Origin: Akkermansiaceae bacterium
GTDB lineage: Bacteria > Verrucomicrobiota > Verrucomicrobiia > Verrucomicrobiales > Akkermansiaceae
Reading direction: 5' to 3'
Assembly (NCBI GenBank): GCA_051251915.1
Contig: JBPOGF010000001.1
Span: forward strand, 367,451-431,450
DNA length: 64,000 bases
Shown in pieces: positions 1-9,400 of this stretch (positions are counted from its first letter, which is position 1; every line of letters starts with the position of its first letter). The position numbers and the translations under genes were made by a program. The notes beneath the pieces were generated by a model, which was not told where the DNA came from, made no database searches, and was given only the letters and a program-made list of their open reading frames with translations.

Positions 1-285
1 GATACGGAAGAAGATGGCAGCAGGGATGAGTGGGATGAGGGAGAAATACCAGTAGGCTTTGAAGTCTGCGTGCCAGGGGCCCCAGTTTATGAATTCGTTG
101 AAGAGGGTGCCGATGGCGATCATGGTGCAGATGACTCCGAGGAAGAAGAAGGTGGAGGCTTGGGCGGCGCGGGTGAAGCGGATTTCTTTTTCTGGTTCGG
201 CGACGGGTTTGACAGGGGAGTCTAGGATGCGTTTGAGGGGGCCTGCTCCGTCACGTGGGTCAATGGGGTGATTTGATTCTGGCAT
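1..285 (-). CDS. Hypothetical membrane protein, 3'-partial (runs off window start)
   Basis: Read by hand from ATG at 285: MPESNHPIDPRDGAGPLKRILDSP...TFFFLGVICTMIAIGTLF...YWYFSLIPLIPAAIFFRI. Open to position 1, two hydrophobic segments, same strand as upstream operon. Confidence 0.75.
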   Translation of the reverse strand, partial: MPESNHPIDPRDGAGPLKRILDSPVKPVAEPEKEIRFTRAAQASTFFFLGVICTMIAIGTLFNEFINWGPWHADFKAYWYFSLIPLIPAAIFFRI

Positions 286-320
286 GTGTTATAGCTTGGT
301 ATGGTGACGCTGGTTTTTGT

Positions 321-1097
321 TCAAATCTTTGTGGCGGTGATGGTGAGGATGTGGGCGTCTGGGTGGGGGGCTTTGTCTGGTTCTAGGTCGGTGATGAGCT
401 GGTTTGCTTTCCAGCCGGTGGCGGCTAGGATGAGCTGGAGCTCGGGGTAGCTGTACCATTGAATTTCTTGGGAGGAGCGGTGTTGTTGTTTTTGGCCGCT
501 GGGGTGGGTGACGGTGTATTGGTGCTTGCGGCTGAGAGTTTGGCGGAGGCGGTTGATTGTGAATTTGGTTTTGCACTGGGCTTTGGCTTTACCGTCGTCG
601 CCGAGGTTGGCTTCGTGGTCTAGGTACCAGTCGCTTTCTGGGAGTTCGCCGGCGATTTCTGCCCAGGGGATGAAGAGGGTGAGGTAGAGTTTGGCGTCTG
701 GGGTGGTGTAGGTGTGGGCTTGGGTGAGGAGTTTTTGGAAATTTTCTCTGGTGAGGAGCTGGGCGGTGAAGGCGGGGATGGAGACTCTTTGGTATTTCTT
801 GTCGTCTAGGTTCAGGTCGACGATGTCAGCGGTGTGGATGGTTTGTTGAGCGAGCTTGGAGGTAAGGTTTTGTTGCTGGGCATTGGAGTGTAGAAGCTGG
901 ACCATTTCTGGGGAGATTTCTACGCCGTCTATGGGGGTGCCATTTTCTAGGAGTGGAAGGAGGAGACGTCCTGAGCCGCAGCCTATTTCTAGGCTGGGTT
1001 TCTTGTCGTGAAATTTCTCTAATAGTGGGAGTTCAGAGATGATGTCTTCTTGCTCCCAAAAGGTGTCGTGGAGCTTGGCTTCTAGGTCGGTGTACAT
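321..1097 (-). CDS. Class I SAM-dependent methyltransferase
   Basis: Motif I LEIGCGSGR, then GVEISPEM and ADI; 258 aa. Confidence 0.9.
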   Translation of the reverse strand: MYTDLEAKLHDTFWEQEDIISELPLLEKFHDKKPSLEIGCGSGRLLLPLLENGTPIDGVEISPEMVQLLHSNAQQQNLTSKLAQQTIHTADIVDLNLDDKKYQRVSIPAFTAQLLTRENFQKLLTQAHTYTTPDAKLYLTLFIPWAEIAGELPESDWYLDHEANLGDDGKAKAQCKTKFTINRLRQTLSRKHQYTVTHPSGQKQQHRSSQEIQWYSYPELQLILAATGWKANQLITDLEPDKAPHPDAHILTITATKI

Positions 1098-1115
1098 TAG
1101 AGGTAAGTTTTTCTG

Positions 1116-3011
1116 TTAGACTTTGCTGAGGTCTGGGGCTGTGGGTTTTTTGGATAGTGGTTCAGGGTCTTCTGGGAAGACTAGGGCGTAGATGGTGTTA
1201 CCAGGGGTGACTTTTTTGAGATCTTCTTCGGCTGGGCGTAGTCCTTTGTCTTCGCTGTTAAGGAAGAGTATGATGGCGTCTGGGTTGGCTTCGGTGAAGT
1301 GTTGGAAGGTGTATTGTTCTGAGATGCTGGTTTTCTTGACGATGGCACCTTTTAGTACGAGACGTTCTAGCTTTTTACGGTTTGGTCTGCCGGTGAACAT
1401 GATGCGTCCTCGTTGGTGAGAGGCTACGGAGTTGGTGTGGTGTTCTTTGTCATCGAGTGGGGCAACTTGCCAGATTTCTGCGCTGCCGAAGATGTGGGTG
1501 AATTCTTTGGCGGCTAGGCTGTTGACTTCGTCGTTGTTGGTGGCGGCGACGAGCTGACCGATGCCTGTGAGGTCTAGTTCTTCTTCGACGTATTCTGAGA
1601 GGATGTTAGCGCGTTTGGCGGGGATGCCAGCTAAGGAGGCGGCTGCTACGTTTGAGAAGTTGGTGTCGAGCATGAGTACGTCATGGCCGTCGTCATGGAG
1701 GGTTTTGGCGATGAGTCTGGTCCAGGTGTTGGCTCCGGCGAAGAGGATGCCGCGTGGGTTTTTGGTGGCGAGTCCTAGTTTGTTAGCGAGTGGGGCGGCG
1801 AGGAGACCGTAGAATGCTACTGTGCCGACGATGACGATGAAGGTAAGTAGGACGAGGTTTTCTGCTTGCTGGGCGACTTCTGCTGGGACTTGGCCTTCTG
1901 CTGCGGCGTGGGTGAGCTCTAGGGCGAAGATGGATGTGACGGCGGCTGCAACGATTCCTCTGGGAGCTAGTGATGCGAGGAAGATCTGCTCTTTAAAGGT
2001 TGTTTTATTTGAGAATAAGTTGGCTCCGAAGATGGAGAGTGGGCGGACTACAAGGATGAGTAGTGCGAGTAGGATGAGTCCTTGGGTGAGGGTTTCTGAG
2101 GTGAGGGTCTCTGTATTCACACGGCCGGAGAGGACGAGGAATAGGAGGGATATGATGAGGACTCTGAGGTGTTCCTTGAACTCTAGGATGTGTTTGACTG
2201 AGACGGCTTTTTGGTTAGCGAGGGCGATGCCCATGACGGTGACTGTAAGGAGTCCTGACTCGTGAACGACTGCATTGGATGCTGAGAATGCGATGGCGAT
2301 GACTGATATCATGAAGACGGAGTGGAGGAAGTCTGGGATGTAGTGTTTCTTGAGTGCGAATTCGACTGCCTTGGCGAGGACGAATGCGAAGCCGACGCCT
2401 ACTACGAGGGTTTTTAGGAGTGAGGTGATGACGGCGGTTCTTGCTGAGTCCCAGTCACCAGCGATGGCAGCTTGGAAGATGAGGACGGCCATGATGGCAC
2501 CGATGGGGTCGACTACGATGCCTTCCCATTTGACGATGGAGCCAACTTTACGAGATGGCTTGATGTGTCTGATGAGTGGTGCGATGACTGTGGGGCCGGT
2601 GACGACGAGGATGGAGCCTAGGATGCCTGCGACGCGCCAATTCCACTGGAATATATAGATTCCGATGGCGGTGGTGAGGACGAAGGCGATGAGGACACCT
2701 ATGGTACAAAGCCGGAATACGGGTGCACCGCTTTCTTTGAGTTCGGAAAATTTGAGCGTGAGTCCGCCTTCGAAGAGGATGAGGGCAACTGATAGTCCGA
2801 CTACGGGGAGTAGGAGGGAGTTGCCTAGGTCTTCATTTAGGAAGTCGTTGATACTGATGCTGAAGAGGAGCTGGGCACCGAAACCGAATGCGAGGAGGAG
2901 GAGGATGGAGGGGAGCTTGAAACGCCATGCGGACCATTGAGCTAATATTCCGAGGCCTAGGATGATGGTGAGGTAGGTGCCGAATGAGATACCTGTGAAA
3001 TCGTGAATCAT
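1116..3011 (-). CDS. CPA1/NhaP-type cation:proton antiporter with C-terminal TrkA-N (RCK)-like domain
   Basis: About 12 TM helices; ILFEGGL, TGPTVI, WEGIVVDPIG and PRGIVAAA motifs; soluble C-terminal Rossmann-like part. Confidence 0.9.
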   Translation of the reverse strand: MIHDFTGISFGTYLTIILGLGILAQWSAWRFKLPSILLLLAFGFGAQLLFSISINDFLNEDLGNSLLLPVVGLSVALILFEGGLTLKFSELKESGAPVFRLCTIGVLIAFVLTTAIGIYIFQWNWRVAGILGSILVVTGPTVIAPLIRHIKPSRKVGSIVKWEGIVVDPIGAIMAVLIFQAAIAGDWDSARTAVITSLLKTLVVGVGFAFVLAKAVEFALKKHYIPDFLHSVFMISVIAIAFSASNAVVHESGLLTVTVMGIALANQKAVSVKHILEFKEHLRVLIISLLFLVLSGRVNTETLTSETLTQGLILLALLILVVRPLSIFGANLFSNKTTFKEQIFLASLAPRGIVAAAVTSIFALELTHAAAEGQVPAEVAQQAENLVLLTFIVIVGTVAFYGLLAAPLANKLGLATKNPRGILFAGANTWTRLIAKTLHDDGHDVLMLDTNFSNVAAASLAGIPAKRANILSEYVEEELDLTGIGQLVAATNNDEVNSLAAKEFTHIFGSAEIWQVAPLDDKEHHTNSVASHQRGRIMFTGRPNRKKLERLVLKGAIVKKTSISEQYTFQHFTEANPDAIILFLNSEDKGLRPAEEDLKKVTPGNTIYALVFPEDPEPLSKKPTAPDLSKV

Positions 3012-3062
3012 AAATTATGTTGGGTGGATGGTGTGTAGGAAAGTTTTGTGTTTGTTCTGCGT

Positions 3063-4064
3063 TTATTCAGCTTTTGGATCTCTTGTGAGGAGTTCTTGGA
3101 GTGCTTGGGTGGCAGGTTTGTTTTGGTAGAGGACTTGGTAAACGGCGTCTAGGATGGGGGTGTCGATGTCGGTTTCTCTGGCGGCTTCGTAGATTGAGAG
3201 GGTGTTAGGGACGCCTTCGGCTACCATTCCGAGTTGGTCTGTGGCTTGCTTGATGCTGAGGCCTTGGCCTAGAGCTTTGCCTACGCGGTTGTTGCGTGAG
3301 TGTGGGGAGTAGCAGGTGGTCATGAGGTCTCCCATTCCGGAGAGGCCCATGAAGGTGTCTGGCTGGCCGCCGAGGGCGATGCCGAGGCGGGTCATTTCTG
3401 CTAGTCCTCGGGTGACTAGTGCGGCGATAGCGTTGTCGCCGAGGCCGATGCCTGAGGCGATGCCTGCGGCGATGGCGAAGACGTTTTTGAGAGCTCCGCC
3501 TAGTTCCATGCCTGCGACATCATGAGATGTGTAGGTGCGGAAGTTTGCGGTGGAGAACATTTCTTGGAGGCTGGCGGTAAGTTTTTTATCGATGCTTCCT
3601 ACTACTGTGCAGGTGGCTAGGTACTCGGCAACTTCTTCGGCGTGATTTGGTCCGGAGATGACTGCGATGGGGTTTTTGGGGAGGGCTTGGTAGATGATGT
3701 TGCTCATGCGTGCGCCGGTGCCGCGCTCGATTCCTTTGGCACAGGAGATGAGTGGGACGTTTGGTGAAATCCCGATTTTGGCTAGCTGGTGGGCTGTTTC
3801 TCTGGTGGCTGAAGTGGGGATGACGAAGAGGATGATTTCTGCGGTTTTGGCTTCTTTGAGTTCTGTGGTGCAGCGGATATTTTTAGGGAGGCTGACTTTT
3901 GGCAAGTACTTGCGGTTGGTGTGCTGGGTGTTTATTTCTTCGGCTTGCTCTTGTGATCTGCCAACGAGGACGACGTCTTTGAAGTGCTCGGATAGGACGA
4001 CGGCGAGGGCTGTTCCCCAGGAGCCAGATCCTAGGATGACGGCTTTAGTGGTGGGTGAGGACAT
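3063..4064 (-). CDS. gpsA: NAD(P)H-dependent glycerol-3-phosphate dehydrogenase
   Basis: GSGSWGTALA, SGPNHAEE, GGALKNVFAIAAG, GLSGMGDL..TC.S.HSRN, AEG. Confidence 0.97.
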   Translation of the reverse strand: MSSPTTKAVILGSGSWGTALAVVLSEHFKDVVLVGRSQEQAEEINTQHTNRKYLPKVSLPKNIRCTTELKEAKTAEIILFVIPTSATRETAHQLAKIGISPNVPLISCAKGIERGTGARMSNIIYQALPKNPIAVISGPNHAEEVAEYLATCTVVGSIDKKLTASLQEMFSTANFRTYTSHDVAGMELGGALKNVFAIAAGIASGIGLGDNAIAALVTRGLAEMTRLGIALGGQPDTFMGLSGMGDLMTTCYSPHSRNNRVGKALGQGLSIKQATDQLGMVAEGVPNTLSIYEAARETDIDTPILDAVYQVLYQNKPATQALQELLTRDPKAE

Positions 4065-4068
4065 GTGA

Positions 4069-4776
4069 TTAGGCTTTCTTTTTATTTTTAGGGGTGAATT
4101 TATTTTCTTCTCCGGCGAGGAGTTTCTTGATGTTAGAGCGGTGCTTCCAGATGGCCATGATGGCGATGAAGACGGCGAAGATAAGGAGTGGTTTGTTCCA
4201 GGTCCCTGCGGCGAGTTTGCCGTGTGACCATGATCCGTAGAGGACGAGTAGTGGTAGTGATGCGGCGGCTACGATGCTGGCGAGTGAAACGTAGCGGCTG
4301 ATCTTAAAGGTGATGAAGAAGATGGCGATGAGGAGGAGGAAGGCGAATGGCATGAGGGGGAGGAGGACACCTGCTGAGGTGGCGATGCCTTTGCCGCCTT
4401 TGAAGTTTACCCATGGCGAGTAGTTGTGGCCGAGGATGGCGCAGAGGCCGGTGAAGACTTGGAGGGCTTGGGCTTTGAATTGGTTGTCGCCTAGGTTGAT
4501 GGCGTGTTCGCGGAGGAAGCCGATGGTCATGGTTTCGTCTGCGCCGGTGAATTTGTAGAGGTTGTAGGCGAGTAGTGTGGGGATGAGGCCTTTGAGGAAG
4601 TCTAGGAAGAAGCAGGTGATTCCGAATTTTTTGCCTACGATGCGGAGGACGTTGGTGGCGCCGATGTTGCCGGAGCCGTGTTCGCGGATGTTGATGCCTT
4701 GAGATTTAGCGATGAGTAGGCCGAAGGGGATGGAGCCTAGGAGGAATGCGATAATTGGAAACAGCCAGATGTTCAT
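4069..4776 (-). CDS. plsY: Glycerol-3-phosphate 1-O-acyltransferase
   Basis: LGSIPFG, GSGNIGATN, DFLKG, GHNYS..FKGGKGIAT, KHRSNI; adjacent to gpsA. Confidence 0.97.
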   Translation of the reverse strand: MNIWLFPIIAFLLGSIPFGLLIAKSQGINIREHGSGNIGATNVLRIVGKKFGITCFFLDFLKGLIPTLLAYNLYKFTGADETMTIGFLREHAINLGDNQFKAQALQVFTGLCAILGHNYSPWVNFKGGKGIATSAGVLLPLMPFAFLLLIAIFFITFKISRYVSLASIVAAASLPLLVLYGSWSHGKLAAGTWNKPLLIFAVFIAIMAIWKHRSNIKKLLAGEENKFTPKNKKKA

Positions 4777-4851
4777 ATGTTAGTTCGATGTGTGTGTGGG
4801 AGGAGTGGCGGAAGTTTAGGTGAGTCTTTAGGGATGTCAATACGTGGTGGT

Positions 4852-4881
4852 TGGTTATTGGGTTATTGGTTATTTGGATAT
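4852..4881. repeat. Short heptamer-like tandem repeat (tggttat/gggttat)
   Basis: tggttattgggttattggttatttggatat; related runs at 6432-6460, 10773-10807, 41114-41141 and 54359-54393. Confidence 0.7.
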
Positions 4882-4901
4882 TGGGGGGTGTTGCAGGTGT
4901 G

Positions 4902-4922
4902 GGCGAGACGGGCACGCTCCTG
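4902..4922 (+). repeat. Degenerate REP-like half-element
   Basis: ggcgagacgggcacgctcctg matches ggcaagatgcacgcgctcctg (17830-17850) at 16/21 positions. Confidence 0.5.
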
Positions 4923-4990
4923 TTTTGGGTGAGGGGTGTGTTTTTGATTAATAATTTGAGCGATATTAAGTTTGTTCTGTCTTAGTTGTT

Positions 4991-5755
4991 ATGAACGATG
5001 CTGTGAGAACTGAGCCTGTAATTTATTCGTGTAGAGAGATAGAGAGGGCTTGGTGGAAGAAGTTCAGTGTGCGTAAGCCTGGGGTGGATGTGTTGACTGG
5101 GGCTTGTTTGTTGATGGTGCTGATGCATTTATTTATTGTTCTTAGTGGGGGAGTGTATGCTCATGAGGGTATTTATAATCGGTGGTTGGGGCTGAGGGCT
5201 GAGGGGTTACTTGGGGGTAAGGTTTGGCAGTTGGTTAGTTATAGTTTTTTGCATGGGAGTTGGTTTCATTTACTGACTAATTTGGTGATGATTTGGTTGA
5301 TTGGTGGGAGGCTGATGACGATTTTGGATCAGAAGAAGGTAGGGTTGTGTTTGTTGTTAGGTAGTGTGGTGGGTGGGTTGTTTTTTGTGGGGTTTGATCT
5401 GTGGAGTGGTCAGGGGGCTTTCTTGGTGGGGTCTTCTGGTTCTGCTTTTGCGTTGTTTATTCTGATGGCTTGTTTGTCACCGGAGGCGAAGATGATACCG
5501 ATTCCGGTGCGGGCTAAGAATATGGCTGTGGGGTTGCTGGTGGGGTCATTGATTCTGTGTTTGGCACATCCGGGGATTGATTTGCCGGTGTTTGGGGTGA
5601 TTGGGGCTTGGATTGTGGAGGTGGGGTTGACTTCGGTTTTTCAGGTGGCGCATGGGTGTCATTTGGGTGGGGGGCTTGCGGGGCTTTGGCTTTCGAGTCG
5701 TTTTATGGGGAAAATGATCTCTTTAGAGGATTTGAAACGGAGCAGGATTCATTAA
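4991..5755 (+). CDS. Rhomboid family intramembrane serine protease
   Basis: WQLVSYSFLHGSWFHLLTN, catalytic GSSG, AHGCHLGG (catalytic His), about 6 TM. Confidence 0.92.
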   Translation: MNDAVRTEPVIYSCREIERAWWKKFSVRKPGVDVLTGACLLMVLMHLFIVLSGGVYAHEGIYNRWLGLRAEGLLGGKVWQLVSYSFLHGSWFHLLTNLVMIWLIGGRLMTILDQKKVGLCLLLGSVVGGLFFVGFDLWSGQGAFLVGSSGSAFALFILMACLSPEAKMIPIPVRAKNMAVGLLVGSLILCLAHPGIDLPVFGVIGAWIVEVGLTSVFQVAHGCHLGGGLAGLWLSSRFMGKMISLEDLKRSRIH

Positions 5756-5813
5756 GGTTTTATTAGGAGTTACGATTTCTTTGAATATTTTTCTAAGGAA
5801 TTTTCGTTTCAAG

Positions 5814-5839
5814 TGTCACAATAGTAACAGGGACTCGTC
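5814..5839 (+). promoter_or_regulatory. Putative ECF sigma (auto)promoter TGTCACA-n15-CGTC
   Basis: Bipartite motif directly upstream of an ECF sigma gene; resembles the TGTCACA-n16-CGTC type of ECF promoter. Confidence 0.55.
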
Positions 5840-5881
5840 AATACTGACTGACGGGTGTCTTTCGACACCACTGGATAATCC

Positions 5882-6427
5882 GTGAAAAATGTAATGAAAA
5901 TATCTGAGACTGATACTAGGACTGCTGCTGAGAGAGGCGGGCAGTCTATAGAGGAGGTCTTTGATGCGGAGGAGTCTGCGTTGCTGAAGTTTGCGTATGG
6001 GTACGTGAAGCGGCGGGAGGTGGCTGAGGAGGTGGTGCAGGATGCGTTCTTAAAATTACATGAGCAGTGGGATGAGGTGGAGAGGGCTAGGCCGTGGTTG
6101 TATAAGGCGGTGAGGAATATTTCGCTGAATTATATACGCAAGGCGAAGCGGGAGACGCTGACGGATGATGCGGGGTCTGAGGTGCTGGATGGTGGGGCGG
6201 ATGAGCAGGTGGGGAGGTTGGAGGCGGTGCTTATGATGCGGTTGTTGATGGATGATCTGGGGGAGAGGGATAGGGAGCTGGTGAGGTTGAAGTTTGAGGA
6301 GGATAGGAGTTATAGCGATATTGGTGAGAGGTTGGAGATGGGGGTGGGGAATGTGGGGTATCGGTTGCATTTTGTTTTGAAGGGCTTGGCTGAAGGGCTG
6401 AGGAGGAAGGGGATAGATGGGTGGTAG
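5882..6427 (+). CDS. ECF-type RNA polymerase sigma-70 factor
   Basis: AEEVVQDAFLKL, WLYKAVRN (region 2); SYSDIGERLEMGVGNVGYRLH (region 4). Start may be ATG 5894. Confidence 0.93.
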   Translation: MKNVMKISETDTRTAAERGGQSIEEVFDAEESALLKFAYGYVKRREVAEEVVQDAFLKLHEQWDEVERARPWLYKAVRNISLNYIRKAKRETLTDDAGSEVLDGGADEQVGRLEAVLMMRLLMDDLGERDRELVRLKFEEDRSYSDIGERLEMGVGNVGYRLHFVLKGLAEGLRRKGIDGW

Positions 6428-6431
6428 TTAA

Positions 6432-6460
6432 TTATGAATTATGAATTTTGAATTGTGAAT
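6432..6460. repeat. Heptamer tandem repeat (ttatgaa)x4
   Basis: ttatgaa ttatgaa ttttgaa ttgtgaa between the sigma and anti-sigma genes. Confidence 0.75.
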
Positions 6461-6480
6461 AGGTTAAAGGAAAGTTTGGT

Positions 6481-9400
6481 ATGAAAGATAAGAATGATAA
6501 TGAGATTGGGGTTTGGAATGATCCGGAGTTGGAGGCGCGCCTGGTGGCGATGCTGATGGGGGAGCTTAGTGCTTATGAGGAGGCGGAGATGGAGGAGGAG
6601 CTGAAAGGGAGTCCTGAGTTAAGGTTTTTTAGGGATCGGATGGAGGAGGTGATGGGGTTGATTTCTGAGGTGGGGGAGCAGGTTGAGGATGAGGGTGGCG
6701 ATGATGAGTGGAAGATGGATGGTGAGCGTAGGGGGGGACTGTTAGAGAAAATTTCTAGTGAGGAAGCTGTGGAGGCTGAGAGGGTGGAGGTTGTGGGTGG
6801 AGGTGTGCAGTGGAGGAATTTGCTTAGTGTGGCTGCGTGTTTGTTGATATCGGTAGGGGCGTTTGTGATGATGTTTTTGAGGCGGGGTGAGGTGTATAGG
6901 AATCAGGAGGAGTTGATTACTTATTCTGTCTTTTCAGAGGAGGAAGAGGAAATAGTGAAGCCTGTGCTGGGTGAAAATGCTTGGGCTTTTAGTCAGAGTA
7001 AGGAGAAGGAAGATTTGGTAGCGACGCGAGAAGTTAAAGGAAAGAGGCGTGAGTTTCTCTATCCTACTGAGTATGAATTTGATGAAGAAAAGATTACTAA
7101 ACCTGAGATGAGTAATGAGGCTCCGCAGAGGCCTAGTGCACCTGGGTCTAGTATGGCTAAGGTTATAGCTGCGAGTCCAGGTGCTGCTGTGAATATTCCG
7201 GTTCCAGATGAAATGGTGGGTGAGCCTAGTTTGGGGTTTGGGGATGGGGGTGATTTTGGTGATGGTTGGGGTGGTTTTTCTGGTGGGGGATCAAAGGGAC
7301 GTGAGGAAGGGAAGCAGTTAGGGATGTTAACAAAATACTCTGAAATTAAGCAGTCTAATACTGATGAGTTGGGGTTTGATTGGGTAGTTGAGCCATTTAA
7401 TGCGAATTCAACGAGACGAGAGGCGTGGAGTGGTTCTTTGGAGAAGGACGGTATGGCTAAGAGTGGAGGCTTACTTTCGGTGACTGGTGTTTTTAAGACA
7501 GATAAGCTAGATTTAAAAAATACGGATAGTTACGCAGCCTGGGATGGTGGTGAATTTAATAAGTCTAATATAGTTGCTGGGGGGAATCGATCTGGTGATT
7601 ATGCAATTAATGGAGCTGATATTGATGGTGTTCTTAATGGAATAGTGACGGGTGGAGCTACATTAGATTTGGCTGAAAGGTATTCGGGTGGTAAAGATGA
7701 TTCTAGGAAGTTAAGTTTGGGGTCGTTTCCTAAAACTCTAGATAACTTAGATGGCGGGAAGGGAAAACTTTTTCGATCTGGAGGTTTAGATGATAAGGAT
7801 GAGTTAGCGAAGATTGATTATAAACGTACTAGGATGCTTATGAATGTGGATGCCTTTGGTATTAATGAGGCTAAGGACTCATCACTACTAGTTCGTGAGA
7901 AGTTGGCGGATATTAAGTTGCCTTTGATGGAATTTGATGAGGATGCGACGGTGAAGGATGCGATTAATTTTCTTAGTTCACGGGCGAAGGAGTTAGATGG
8001 TAATACGTTAGATCCTAGTAAGAAGGGGATGGATTTTGCTTTTCGTGATGCTGCTGAGGTTGATGGGGGTGAGTTGGTAGAGGCTGGGAAGATTGAGGAT
8101 ATTAAGCTTGGTGGGTTGAAGATAAGGGATGTTCCTATGGATGAGGCTTTGAGGCAGATAGCTCAACAGACTGGTCTGCGTTATAAGGTGGAGGAAGGGG
8201 TGGTGACGTTGTTAAAGGCTACTGATGTGGATGATAATGAGATGTATGCGAGGACGTTTAGGGTTCCTGAGGGTATGGTGGATGCTCTGAAAGCTACTAT
8301 GGACGACGGAGCAGGGTTAGATGATGATCCATTTGCAGGTGAAGATATTTCTCTTGAAAAGGCGAGTGTTAAAGATCTGTTAGAGATGCAAGGGATCAGG
8401 TTTCCTGAGGGGACGACTGTTGGGTATAGTAAGGATAGGGGGACGTTGACTGTTAGAAATACGGCTGAAGGTTTGGATCAGGTAGAGGAATTAGTGGAAA
8501 TGGTTAAGAAGGAGGAGCAAGGTAAGGTGTTGTATGGATTTGAGGTCAAAGATGCTAGTGCCTTGTTGCCAAGTTTGGATGTGGAGGGGAAAGGAAAGGT
8601 TGCTGAACAGGGAAATGATGTTTGGGAGGAGGCTATTCCGGCTGTGGAGGAGAAGAAGTATTATTTTGGTAGGAAAACTAATGCGCTACGAGTTGGGGGG
8701 GGAGATGCTCCGGAGGTGATGTTGACTAAAGAAGAGTATGATGCTCGGAGGTTGGCGGCGATTGAGGAATTTAAGGAGAAGAGAAGGGAGCAGGAGGATA
8801 AGGTGGAGGATCATAGGACTCGGTTGTATGCGCTGAGTAAGAAGTTGCAGATTCCTTATCATGGGAAGGATGGGAGGTTTTTTGCTGGGAGAGGAGATAG
8901 GGATGCTAGGGAGTATGATAGGGCGGATCAGGCTTATGAGGAGGCTAAGCGGACTAAGGATCAGTTAGAGTCATTTACGGAGTCTTTGGAGGGCTTGAGT
9001 GGTGAGGACTTGGCTGTGACTTTGATGGCATCTGGGAGACCTGAGGCGGCGGTTTTGAGGGCTGATTATGATGAAATTTCTAGATTGAAGCAGGCTAAGA
9101 GTGTGGCTGTAGCTGGTGGATTAGCGACGGGTCATGATAGAGTTCAGAGTCTTGATGCTAATATTAAGGAGGTAGAGGAGCGGCTTGAGAGAAGTCAGGT
9201 CAATGTGAGGAAGAAGCTGAAAGAGGATCTTGTTGTGTTTGGGAAGAATGTTGAGAAGTTACGGATTGATAGTGATAAGGAGGTTGGTGACTTGATGGTT
9301 GGTGCGGAGGAGAAGACTCGGTTTGGGAAGGTGAGGGAGGATTATGAGCGTGAGTTGGCTGTTTTGGAGGCGATTAAAGGGGCTGAGTTTAATGAGCTGC

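Noticed and set aside
1192..4068. Plus-strand ORFs rich in M/R/S/A over the antiporter and gpsA (similar ones over aspS, nodT and the dehydrogenase)
   Set aside because: Antisense shadows of confident minus-strand genes, with no family motifs.
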